From the NCBI RefSeq assembly GCF_018350175.1, contig NC_058368.1, positions 102,426,001 to 102,490,000 on the forward strand: a stretch of DNA of 64,000 bases. The letters are read 5' to 3'. Shown here piece after piece: positions 50,821-62,870 of this stretch. Position 1 is the first letter of the stretch; every line of letters starts with the position of its first letter. The translations under genes were made by a program, and so were the position numbers. This DNA comes from Felis catus. Lineage: Eukaryota. A model generated the notes under the pieces. It was not told where the DNA came from. It did no database searches and worked only from the letters and a program-made list of their open reading frames with translations.

Positions 50821-51320
50821 CTAGGGAAACAAGCGACAGACGTCAAGAGGAGCATCCCCCAAAGAGCCGGGAGACAGCGCGAGGCACACAATGCCGGCAA
50901 GAGCGGCCAACACCCCAGGGGCGCGAGGGCTGGGCCCAGAGAAGGAAAAGACACCCTGTTCTTGCGCTGACGGTTTTAATCCCTGCCAAAGAACTGGCCA
51001 CGAAGGGCCTGCGTTCTTCTTCGGAACACCAAAGGCAAACGGCTCAGGTAGCTAGCTTCAAATCCAGTTCCAATTCCCATTTTGAGAAAAGAAGAAAACA
51101 AAGGAGAGGGGGCGAAGGGGCAGGGAGTGCATTTCACTGTGTGCAATCCTCACCGGCTCCTTTCTCTTTTGCCTGGTTTCAATTACGGGCAGACTTTTAT
51201 GCATTATTAATCTACCTCTATAGTTTCTGTGCAAAAGAGAGGATGGCGGGAAGGAGAGGGGCAGCGGAGGAAGGAGGAGAGCAAACAGAGCCTGAAATAA
51301 AAGGCCCCGTGCGTACGTAC

Positions 51321-51408
51321 CTGGGAGGGGCCCAGTCGTGCTTGGTGCAGTCCAGGAGGGTCCCTACGTAAGTTTTGTTCCTCCACGTGACATTGACCAC
51401 TAGAACAC
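51321..51408 (-). CDS. ZNF608: ZNF608 internal coding exon (88 nt), first exon visible in the window
   Basis: Encodes (G)[28 protein letters not shown](R), the segment conserved in ZNF608/ZNF609/Drosophila Brakeless-Scribbler. Acceptor CCATTCCTGCAG (AG at 51410-51409), donor AG|GTACGT (GT at 51320-51319). Phase 1 in, phase 2 out. Confidence 0.96.
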
Positions 51409-51482
51409 CTGCAGGAATGGGGAGCGAAGGAGGACCACTGTTAGCACTGATTACTCTGTTTCCAGTTTGTTATTAGTATCAC

Positions 51483-51514
<32 letters not shown>

Positions 51515-51612
51515 TATCAGCAAAATTCTGTTCTCGTTCGCTTTCAAAAACTGTGGTTTGCATTCTTCCTCTTTCTGGTTTCAGCGACCTCAAGTGAAAA
51601 CCCACAGGAAAT

Positions 51613-51675
51613 TGTGTGTGTGTGTGTGTGTGCGCGCGCGCGCGTGTGTGTGTGTGTGTGAGAGAGAAAGAGAGA
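51613..51675. repeat. (TG)n(CG)n(TG)n(AG)n microsatellite
   Basis: Direct reading. Confidence 0.92.
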
Positions 51676-53469
51676 TCATGCCTGTGTGCATGCGGTACAA
51701 AAGGGTAAGACTGCGTGTGAGAGTGTAATCAAGATACTGCTGACAGAAGGAAATGGTTTTTGCCATGTCCTGCTGTAAAACAGCAACACTCACCTCTTAA
51801 TTTTTCTATTATTACACATAATTGCTTTCGTTTGGCAAGCAGCCAACAAAAACTAAGCGCCAGTTACCAGTGCTTAAACCAGAAGGGGACTGAAAGGAAT
51901 CGGCTTTGTTTCCCGTTCAACAATATAAAATAATGGTGATTTTTATTTAGGAAAAGATTATGTGGGTGCACGAAAACAGGAGAAGGGGAGGGCAGGGGCT
52001 GAGAGTCCAGATAGCGGACAATCAGCTATGATTTCTCTTTCCTAATCCTCCCCTCTCTGGCTTTGTGAGACAAGAATCAGCCAGGGTATGGTATCTGTTT
52101 CACTGTTTGGTCTTGTTTCATATGAAGGACTCCTAAAATAGCCCTCTTAAGAAAATAAATGTGCACAATAGGTTTGCTCTTGGGGTTATCTTTAGAATCA
52201 ACTTTAGTAAGCATTTGCCACAGAGGATTAGGAGAAAAAAATCTCAAAACCAACACACTTGCTTCCTGCAAGCTATTCTGCTTTTCCCAACTGCTCTGCA
52301 GACAGACAATTTAATTTAGCACTGCATCTGTGAATTACTAAACTTAAGTGCACTTAGTATACTAAATGTCACAGGAAAATAAAATAGAACATCCTCTTGA
52401 TTTCTCTAGAGGACGAGTGCCATATATTTTTTTAATCACCCCTTTACAGCGTATATTAAAAGGACCTGGGTTTTTGAGACACGCATAAAATACCAGGGTC
52501 AATCAACGCAACACTTAAGGGAGCCTTTGTTTTCTTTTCTGTACCTACCTACCCTCCATTCTATTTTGCAAACACCTAGGGACATCACTCAAAGTCTACT
52601 TCTAGCCGGTCTGCTCACTTGCTCACTGCCATTTTGAGTTTTATAGAAACCCTGTATTGCACTCCTTTACGGTAAGAGACACCTCACGAGGTAAGACTAA
52701 TTTCCGTGGGACATGTTTTCGCAGCAGGTAAAAATATCTGAATGGCTGGGACCCGAGCAGTGGGGAAGGAAGGATTTCTTTCAAAAGTCCCTAAAAGAGA
52801 TTTAAAAATTGTTTCCCATATGGTCTATGTTGCCATTAGGTGACAGCTGAATTTACTCACTGTAGCAAGAGTCGGGGGTGGGAGGGGGACGAGAATGAAG
52901 CGAGCAAGCATTTCCTCAAATCTCGGTTGATTCCATTCTAATTCCCTCAGGAAAATTTTCTTTTAAACCACTGAGTATAAAAATTCATATTGAGATGAGA
53001 ATCAATGGTAATTAGGCATTTGGTCAAAATTTGCACAAGACAGAACAATTGGAGGAAAGGATTCTTTATGAGCACATCCCTCCAGGAAAAGGGAGGGGGT
53101 GGGAGGGAAGGCGAAGGGGAAGACGGAGCTGGTTTTCTCATCATGTGCTCTCTGGGGCACTGTGTGTGGTGTCAAAGACCTTTGCAGCTGCTTAAAATTC
53201 TTTAGCATGTCAGCTATATTTACAGTGCAGGAATATATCTGTATTGCCAGAAGGCTGCTGCATTTTAGCTTGCGACGCAATAGGCTGAAGCACTGCGTTC
53301 CAGAGTCCCTGATGTAGCACAAATGTATAATTAAAATTGCTTGAAAGGAAACATGAAAGAAACAACAAACCCTCCATTCTTGCAGTAATAAAATTAAAAA
53401 CAGGAAAAGTCTGCACAGACACTTAACATTTGTCTGCAGTGAAAGGCTTTTGTTATTGCTTTCCCCCCA

Positions 53470-54000
53470 AGGGTTTCGCGTTTCCAGCAAACGCGGGCCG
53501 TGGATTGGCCGGCGCCTGCAGGGAACGCTCGCGTCTGATTGGCTGGGCCGAGGGCGGCCGCCCGGAGCCTCGAGGCGGCGGCCGGGGATAAAGGGGCTCG
53601 GCCGAGGGCAGGGGCCGCAGGGCCGGCGGCGGCCAGGAGGCCGCCCGCCGCCACGGGACTAAGGGCGGGTGGGGGTCGGGGTGGGGGGGACCCTTGGCGC
53701 GTGCGCGGCCCCGACAGGGCTACCCGCCGCGCCCCACGCGCGGCCGCTCGCAGCCCCCGGGGCAGAATCGGTGGTCCCCAGACAGGACACGGGGAAGCAG
53801 TCCCTGGCGACGTGGGGCTGCCGCTGGGAGCTGTCACAAAGGCTGGGCTCACGCTGCGGCCGGCGCACTGTGAAAACCGTTCCCGCCGCCAGATGCTGTT
53901 TCTAGTAGCCGCCCCTGCACATCTCGCGTGGCGGCAACAGCGACACTGCTAGCAGCGTGGTTCGTTCGTTATCAGCACTCGCTGGGAAAGAAAACGCCGC
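53470..54000. promoter_or_regulatory. Intronic CpG island / candidate internal promoter
   Basis: Very GC- and CpG-rich. Two CCAAT boxes (ATTGG at 53504-53508 and 53538-53542), GGGCGG boxes at 53552 and 53663, E2F-like TTTCGCG at 53474. Confidence 0.75.
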
Positions 54001-55676
54001 CAGTCAAGTCCATCCCCAACTTCAAAAGGACCTCAATCAGCCAGCCTGGTTTTTCTAGAAGCCCTGGGTCTGTGAACCGCTCAGAAGAAAGGCTCTAACT
54101 CCCGGGGAGATTCTGAAGAGTCTCCGTCAAGCGGGGCTAATTGAATGCGTGTGCTGGTGTCTATTTTTCTTTCCGCCACACGGTATACTTCGATCAGCCT
54201 AGCATTCACATGCAAGGGTACACACGCACATGTTTACACAGCCAAACTGGCAAGGAGGCTGAAGGAATGCTTCTCGCATAAACTACAAAGTGTATTGTTT
54301 CTTTGTAAGCGAGCGTGTGTTTATACAACATCCTATTGTGAGGGGCCAAGTAGAAAGGTGGTGTTTGGGCTCCAAATCCTGCGGATGGTTGATGGTCTTG
54401 CTCAAGTCTCGACATCTTGAACGCTTTGTAACCCACGGGCATATAAAGCGGACTCTACTTTTTAAATAACGGAAGTGAAAATGAAGCCTTTCAAAGTTCC
54501 ACTTTGAATTTTCATCAGTCTGGGCAGAGTTGTGGTTCTCATTTACCTTACATTAATTGGAAATAAGTATACATTTATTCCACAAAGATTTAATATTTCG
54601 TTTAACGCACCTCTGTTCTTCCAAACGTCTAACCCATGAACCACGTGCTGGGGACACTCTACACAAGCCTTTTTCGTCTTTATATTCTCCAGTGTCCCAC
54701 CAGGTTTACCATCCCCTTTTCCCCACTGACTGGGCACGGTCGTTCTCAAAATGCTAAATAACGCCTGCCCCGTAACGTTTTATAGTTGGAAAATATCTGA
54801 AGATTATTACCAATTAAGTAAGAATAGAGCTGAAGACATCAATGGGTGGTTTGAATGTGCTCACTGACCACACAGGGTTTTCTTATTTATATTGTCTCTG
54901 TCCTACACACTGATGATACAGGATTTAAGCTACTGCCCTACCCCATAAAACATGTATTACCTATAGGGCAGTGAAGAACACGGTCTGTGTTGTAAAACCT
55001 AAGCCTGTTGCCTCTACAAGCCAAAAGAGCCCTGTTATCTCATCAGGATTCCACAGTCACAGTGTCCTATTATTTGCTCTTGTCAATACTTAGCAGTTAA
55101 GTGCTCCCAGAGAGATGGTCAGGCCCATTAAGCATTTACAGTGCATCCTTAGGGTATACACTAGGTACTTATTTGGTGCTATGGAATCAGCCACAGTTCT
55201 GGCCGGACCTCCATCCAAACTCTATTCTTCAAGAGCCTGCAAACTTGTAACAACCAACACAGGCATACCCCGTAACCCAGAAAGGGAAGTATAGTTTACG
55301 TATCACCTACACCTACAGAACAGGTCTCTTGATCCATGATATTAAACTAGACCCTGGAAGAGATTTTCCTAGGGCCTGCCCTGCCCACAGTCCCCGCTCA
55401 GACGGTAGTCCTAGGAGACAAGGCTCCTGAGCCAGTAATCCTAACCTTAGCGTCGTCTGACGGTTGCAGGGACGGGTACGTGAAACTGAGGCAACCAAAC
55501 ACGACTTACAATGGGAATCTGAGTGAGTCACAAGGCAAGTTGACAAGAGAAGGAGAAACCTCAAGGTCACAAGGTCACAAGCCTCTAAAGTCTGAGAGGA
55601 CTACAGCGTGCCAAAGCCCCAAGGGCTCAATAGCTATGATATTAGGAAGTCGATGGGTGCAATGCCCTAAGTGCTT

Positions 55677-55717
<41 letters not shown>

Positions 55718-55950
55718 CTCCCGTCTTTTAGCAGTGACAAGGGCTTACCAGCACCCAGGACGGCCCTATTATTTTCCATCCATCTTGTTCAAAAGGTGTT
55801 CCTGGTTCTGAACTTAACTCTGTCTTTGAATAGCTTGGTCCCGGAGGTGTCCCTGCAGGGACAGTCTACCCATCCTCCACCTGTCAGCCTCTCTCTCACC
55901 CAGGCAAACACAATGACCACGGTAACATTCTCACCTCCAGCTCACACGTG

Positions 55951-56179
55951 TTTTTTTTTTTTTAATTTTTTTTTTTCAACGTTTATTTATTTCTGGGACA
56001 GAGAGAGACAGAGCATGAACGGGGGAGGGGCAGAGAGAGAGGGAGACACAGAATCGGAAACAGGCTCCAGGCTCCGAGCCATCAGCCCAGAGCCTGACGC
56101 GGGGCTCGAACTCCCGGACCGCAAGATCGTGACCTGGCTGAAGTCGGATGCTTAACCGACTGCGCCACCCAGGCGCCCC
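55951..56179 (-). mobile_element. Intronic young SINEC_Fc
   Basis: TSD agctcacacgt. Confidence 0.93.
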
Positions 56180-59100
56180 AAGCTCACACGTTTTTTTCCC
56201 CCTCCAGCCAAAAGAGTTTCTTCACCCACTACTTAGGTCACAATTTTAGTCCCCCCGAAGTTGTTCTAGTCCAAACCTCCATGGAAAGCTAACATTCCTA
56301 ATGAGTTAGCACCAAAGAGAGACACAGGGCAAATGTCGTCTCTTCTGTGGATGCTCTCCCCATCACACACCGATGGTGCGCACCACCAAAACACGGCCAC
56401 TCCCTCCTGGGTCCCCACGGCACTCCGTGCCCGGTCCTCTGGCCAAGGGACACTCACCAGAATCCATGCTTCCGTCTGGGCCCAGAGCTGGACACGTCTC
56501 AGCTTCCGGCCCAGTTAGACGTGGGTCTGCGGCACACTCGGGTCTATGACAGCTAAGTGACTGAACTGCCCCGTGCCACTTACAGGCCTGGCTCACAGTA
56601 ATCTCCTGTTCGTGTTCTTCTACTTTCTTCCTCTTTCTGTCTGGCTGGGATGGAGACTGCAGTGACCTTGAAGGCCCGCTGAGAATCACAGAGCCTCCTT
56701 CACCTGGGACCCTGAACGACAAGGAGAGCCCACCCCAAGAATACCACACTCAGTCTATTAGGCAGCAGCGAATCATTTCCTCCCATGTTTGAACACTGCT
56801 GAGCCTCTCTGTCTTGCCCTCACACACAGCCCCCTTCACATTCCACTCCTCATATACATGGGACGCCTCTCTTCCGGCCAGACTACACTCTCTGAACACG
56901 GGGGTGGGGTCCGCACCTGCTGCACCTGTGAGCGCCGTGCCCGGCCCAGAGAGAGAGTTTGCACAACCCCTGGTGGCTGTGGCATGGTGACAGAAGGGAA
57001 TCCAGATGTGAATCCTTCTTTTGACTACTGCCATACTTTTTCAATAAGCATCATCTCCCACTAGCTTAGAGACGATAGAAATTCTCTGTGGAGAGACTGT
57101 ACTCCAAAGATGTTATAAATATGGTTTATGAATTGCTGGTTATTTGTGAAGATGTTTCCTCAAGAACTGGGCAAATGCCTGATTTCCCAGTGGATCAGCA
57201 TCACTCTGTTTGTATTACAGTTTAAAGACTGTTTCAGAGTCTTTAAAGTGCCTCATCCCTGGGACAGAAGTCTCTGGCAAGCGTTGCAAACGCCGAATTT
57301 GGAATCAGACATCGGGTTTTTTTTTTTTTTTTTTTTTTTGGAACTCTTATTCAGACTACCACATCTGGATGGACTTCGTGTGCACTCATGCAGAAAACAG
57401 AAACCTCACTCTAATAACACCGAAATGTAACCCATTTATGCTGCAATCTTTTTTTTTTTTTAAAGTTTACACATTTCTTTCCTTTCCTATATTTTTTTCC
57501 AGTAGACACATCAGTGACAATAAAAAAGGGGCCACAGTAAGCTGGTTTCTGCGCACAGGATAAAAGTTCAGACATTTCGAGTATCCTATTACCTCCTATT
57601 TTAATACATGACTATTGTACAAGGTAGGATTTATCACCTTTCCTCTGTACCCCTCCAGAAGTGTATTGTTGTGGTTCTGCTCTATCCAATCCTGGTACTT
57701 TTTAAAAAGCTGAGTCGTGTATAGTACATTGGTTCCTGTTTCTGGCTTCAGAGCATCTCACCTTCAGAAACATCTCTCTCCAAAGGACACAGCTGAGTTT
57801 CTAATTATTGGGGGAAATATTTAATTTACAACTGAGGTTGCCGATGAAATACCTGACGGCCGAAACACAGAGGGACTTTCCTATCCCCTATGCTAAGTAT
57901 CTCTGGGGCACTAGGACAAGAAAAGTATGGTCACGTGACCAGAAAGAGCCCTACTGCTGAGCTGCATGTTTGAAGAGTCACTTTAACCACATCCTGTAAT
58001 CAAACCATCTGGAACACAGTGCTGTGATTAGTCACCCTGAACATTGGGCTTTATCTGAACAAATAGCGAACGGCAACGGGGCTTGGGAGATAGGGCAGCA
58101 CTAACAAAGGGAAGTGTAATGAAACACTTTATGCCCTAGTGTGTCGCCACCCCAGTCATAAACCCCAGACGCACACAGCTCTGGTGTTAATGCACTACTT
58201 TAGGAAAGCACAGTGCGCTTAAAGATTAAAGGAATGCAGGGCTAAAAATTGCTGGTTTGGATAGACGTTCTCTGTCGGCCGCTGGAACATGTTGGCACCC
58301 CTCTATCTGCGTTAATTATAACCTCTCAGATGACAATTCAGCAGTCCTTTTAGGGTCTGGTGTGATTTCCAGGGCACTGGGAACAAGGTTCATTGATGGG
58401 AGGATAATAGTGATTCTTTCTTTGCCAGAGGTTAATCTGAACAGGGAGACCATTCCTTTTTGGTTCATCCAAGCCCTACCCGCAAATAACAAGAACAAAC
58501 ATCCAAATAAATGTGCTCATCCAACATCAAAAAGCAAAAAGCAATGGCAAAATGCTGTTCTCATCTATGTTTTGAAAGATGGTATTCTTCCTTAACGGAC
58601 CTCATCTCTTTCAAAAGTACATTTGATCACTGGGATGCCATCTATGGACATCTTTTAAAAAAAAAAAAAATCCTGAAAGGATTTCCCCCCTAAATACATT
58701 GAATAAGCCCTAAAAGGGGAAGGGGGGGGGGGGGAATGGCTAAAGAAACCCTGTTTCCCCATGGGCCTTATGGGTTAATACACAAAAGAACACAGAGCTG
58801 TTTTTCCATCACCGTCACCTCCCCTGCAGCCTTTGTTCTGAGGCCTGATGAGCTGTATTGATTTGGGAAAATCATTGAGCTTCTTGGAAAACTAGACTCT
58901 CACTTATTCACTGCCATCTATTTCTTTCCCATGAAGACAGGTGGTCAATATCCAGTTGACTGGTCAGCTAAAAGAGGCTCTGGCTGCTTTTCGTTTCTTG
59001 CCTCCCCAGTAACATTATCCTTTCCCACTTCTGGAAAACACAATGGCCTGTTCCAAAGTCTTGTGGGTAAGAGGAGGGAGCAGAAACAAGGCTTTTGTAA

Positions 59101-59347
59101 GGCACCTCCGGGAACACTGAACGGCTGTCCTAGACATCTGCACGGGAGCCCACACTACGTCCCTACATGCACGGCTGGTGATAGGATTTTCACTCACCGA
59201 ATGTTAGGCACAAGTTCTGGCATTAATGGAAACTTTGAGAGCCCAAGAGAAAACTCAAAAAAAAAGGTATATATAGACATATGTATATATATGTCCATAT
59301 ACATATGTCTATATATACACACACATACACATATATACACACATATA

Positions 59348-59388
<41 letters not shown>

Positions 59389-59723
59389 CTCGAATCAACA
59401 CAGATCATTAGAGCTTCCTGTGAACTGCAGAAAGTGATGTTTTACTTCTTTTAATAATCGGTACATATGTTTCAGCAAGGTTTTCTCATTGTAGGATGCC
59501 CTAAGTGTCATTATAGACATTTGGGGGGAACAAAGAGCCTAAGAGAAAAAATAACATATATCACATGGAGATCTTTACAAAGCAACTTTAAACAGGACGA
59601 GAACAAAAAACACTTGACTTTGGGTTACACAGGCATACACAGCCTAAAGAAACACTGTCCTAGATGGCTTGAGGCTACTTTTTAAAGGTATAAATATATG
59701 CATATATATAAATATATAAATAT

Positions 59724-59725
<2 letters not shown>

Positions 59726-59769
<44 letters not shown>
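59726..59769. repeat. (CA)n microsatellite
   Basis: Direct reading. Confidence 0.92.
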
Positions 59770-59772
<3 letters not shown>

Positions 59773-60082
59773 ACAACCACTCACACCACAATACATAGCC
59801 CTTAATATTTAGGCAGTTCCTCTTTCTGCTAAGGTGCCACAAGTCCTCCCACCTGAGGGTAGGCAGGAGGACAGGTTTCAGGTGACCATGTTGCTAAGGA
59901 GGGGAGGACACGAGCCCCCTAAGCTTCCTTCCACAGGGCGGCAGGTCACAGACCCTCAGTCGGGCTGCATCCAAAGCCACCCCTGCATCCCAAGACGATG
60001 CCCTTCAGGCTGTGGTCTCCTAAGGCTCAGCCAACACACAGTAAACTGAAGTGATATGCTCAAGTACAAGATAAACGATGAA

Positions 60083-60310
60083 GGGGCGCCTGGGTGGCTC
60101 AGTCAGTTGAGCGTCCGACTTTGGCTCAGGTCATGATCTCACGGTCCGTGAGTTCAAGCCCCGCGTCGGGCTCTGTGCTGACAGCTCGGAGCCTGGAGCC
60201 TGCTTCGGATTCTGTGTCTCCCTCGCTCTCTGACCCTCCCCCATTCATGCTCTGTCTCTCTCTGTCTCAAAAATAAATAAACATTAAAAAAATTAAAAAA
60301 AAAAAAAAAA
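60083..60310 (+). mobile_element. Intronic CAN-SINE
   Basis: Perfect TSD aagataaacgatgaag. Confidence 0.93.
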
Positions 60311-62176
60311 AGATAAACGATGAAGTGGCCAGGGCAGGGGAGGGTGCGGGGGATGATGGCAGAGGGAAAGACGGGGAGACAGGAAAGAAAAAAAATACAA
60401 AGTCTTCTGAGACAGACATTTGGTATAACTGAAATGCACAAAGCCAACACGCACACAGACGGAGCCTACGTATGTAGGTATACACTTGTATAAGGAGATT
60501 TCATTTCTTGTCTGGAATCAAACTTCCCAGCAAGTAATGCCTTGAGGCTGGTGGGCATGGAGAGAAGGCTACGGAACCCGATTTCTGGTGCAAAGTTCTA
60601 GGCCTGAATTCTCTCCTGCTCTTTTGCAGGCAAGCATTAGTATTTCTGAGAGCTGCGGAGTTTAGATACATGGTTTGTAGTTCTTCAAAGCCTCTCCTTT
60701 TTTAAGGCACAGTTTCCCCACTTGGAGTAGCGCAAGGATTTCCCATTCCCCTCCTCCCTTTCTTCGCGGGAAGACCAGGATTCAATGCCAAATGTCACGG
60801 AATTGACTCATGTCCCCCAATCCAGTCTCACAAGCTTGAATTATTAGCTCATCTGGAGATCAGTTGTTTTTTTTTTCCTTCCTTCACACAAAAGCATTCA
60901 AAATTTGGGAAACGTATCTTTCCCGTAGTAAGTCGGCTTACTATGAGCCACGATAATGATACGGTTCTTATTCTGTTATTACCTCCTAACAGGGCGTTCC
61001 CTTAAGAGTGTCGTTTTAGGAGGCGGCCGCGTACAAGGGGCCCAGGCCCACAGCACATACCCAGAACCCCCCACCTCAACGGAAAGGACGCCGCCTCAAC
61101 ACAATCCCACTTGGAGACCTGCCTGCCACGGAAGACAAGCAGCTAAAAAGAAGGCAGGCCTTTCGTTTCCTGCACTTAATACTAACCACGGGATCTTTTC
61201 GGCTGACAACTTGTGCCGCCAGGATCTCTACAAGCCCTGACGTCAGCTTCGCAAACAGGTAACGAGAACAGAACAGCGAGCCCAGGCAAAGAATTAACAA
61301 TCCTCCAGGCAACAAGCCCCACCCTGGACCAGTGCCCCTAAAAGAGAGCACTCGAGGGCTGGAAGTGGGGAGAAGGGTGTGAGGTGATGAGAATTTGGAA
61401 GGTCGCTTAACGGGGATCTCCGCCTCCCCATTTCCTGGTGGGGAAACCAGTCTGTTTCTCTGCTGTCTCACGGCTCTCCACGGGCAGGAGCAGGGGAGGG
61501 AGGGGCAGGCGGGGAGGCCAAGTCATCGCCGAGGTGAATAAAATAGCAAGATGCCAAGGAAATAAAACAGAAGAAGGGAAAAACTCATATACTTTGGGGA
61601 AGGAGAGGAGACTCAGCAAAGGGAACATGGAGGGCTCCGTGTCCTAGCCTCAGCTCACAAACCTCCTGTGGATCAGTCTAGGTGGGTGATTAGCAGAGTT
61701 CCTGGTTTCAATGCTTGTGAATTGCTTGTCAAAATATGCGTATACAACTATAGACTATAGGACTGCGTTTTCAAGTGATTTCTTACCATCCCCAATCCTT
61801 GAGCTTCAAGGAGACGGTGGGAACCAATCGACAATTATGCTCACATCAAAAAGCTGCTACTGATGCGTGCATCTCCCTGGGACCGAAGAGCCAGGCTTCA
61901 TATAAATTATGACGCTTTATTGAAAGTCAGAGCGCTTATTTGCTTTTGTGCCAGCTCTGGGCCCTTTTCATCTGGAGCTCTCCCCGGCCCAGGAGAGCAC
62001 ACATTCCTACAGCTCTGCTGGCCACCAGCTGTGTCCCCCATAAATCATAAATCCTCTGAACAAGCCATTCTTTACAAAGACCAACAGCATTTACTGGAGA
62101 TGATCACTCTGCTATTATTCCACTTGCTGAAATTTAAAATAGCAATTTACAACAGCAGCTGAAAACCAGGGAACTT

Positions 62177-62210
<34 letters not shown>

Positions 62211-62214
62211 CGGG

Positions 62215-62281
<67 letters not shown>
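62177..62281. repeat. (TG)n(CG)n plus (GA)n compound microsatellite
   Basis: Direct reading. Confidence 0.92.
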
Positions 62282-62283
<2 letters not shown>

Positions 62284-62764
62284 AGAAAGGCTGTGCATGT
62301 CTGCAGCACACAAAGGGGCACATTTTGTGTGTCACCTTCAAGTCAGCAACTCTGTGAATCTAAAAAGGAAACAAGGGGTGTAAATGTCAGAGGAACCGGA
62401 CTCAGCACCCTCACAACTGAAGGCAGTGGGGTGAGTGGGGTCTGTGTCGTGGGTAGACCTCCTTGGTCTCACCCGGAAGCGGCCAAGCCCCCAAGGCAGC
62501 GTGGGAGGGGGTTCACACAGTCTCTAGTGAGGCCACATAATTATGGCTCAGGTTCAGAATGTAATAAGGAAAGCTGAAGGAATTAACTCCAATCAAGCTC
62601 AGTCTGCAGCCAATTTTATTTTGAGGACTAGGGAGGAAGACAGAAGAAAAGAGTGATTGGTAATCCCACGCAGCATCCCGAGCGCCTGAGAAGAGGTCTC
62701 TGGAGGCAGACGCACCTGGCTCCCAAGCCCGCTCTGCAGCTGCTGCCTCACCTTCAACTAAAGC

Positions 62765-62870
62765 GCTCGGTGCCTCAGTTTCCTCATCTGTAACACAGGG
62801 AGGATACATACGGGTATCAAATAAGGTGTGATTTCTGTAAAGCATTTAACACGGGCGCTGGCACAAAACA
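62765..62870 (+). mobile_element. MIR core fragment
   Basis: gtgcctcagtttcctcatctgtaa...tgtaaagcatttaacac..gctggcaca. Confidence 0.7.

Noticed and set aside
50821..50954. N-terminal 44 aa of the 884-aa ORF, and its C-terminal extension at 48300-48368
   Set aside because: Intronic read-through beyond the clear acceptor at 50822-50821 and donor at 48368-48367.
48535..50970. Several 130-211 aa antisense or alternative-frame ORFs over the large exon
   Set aside because: Expected shadows of a GC3-rich coding exon; no recognisable domains or independent signals.
53394..53952. 137-152 aa Ala/Gly/Pro/Arg-rich ORFs in the CpG island
   Set aside because: GC-rich sequence lacks stop codons by composition; no similarity to the ZNF608 N-terminus that I can recognise.
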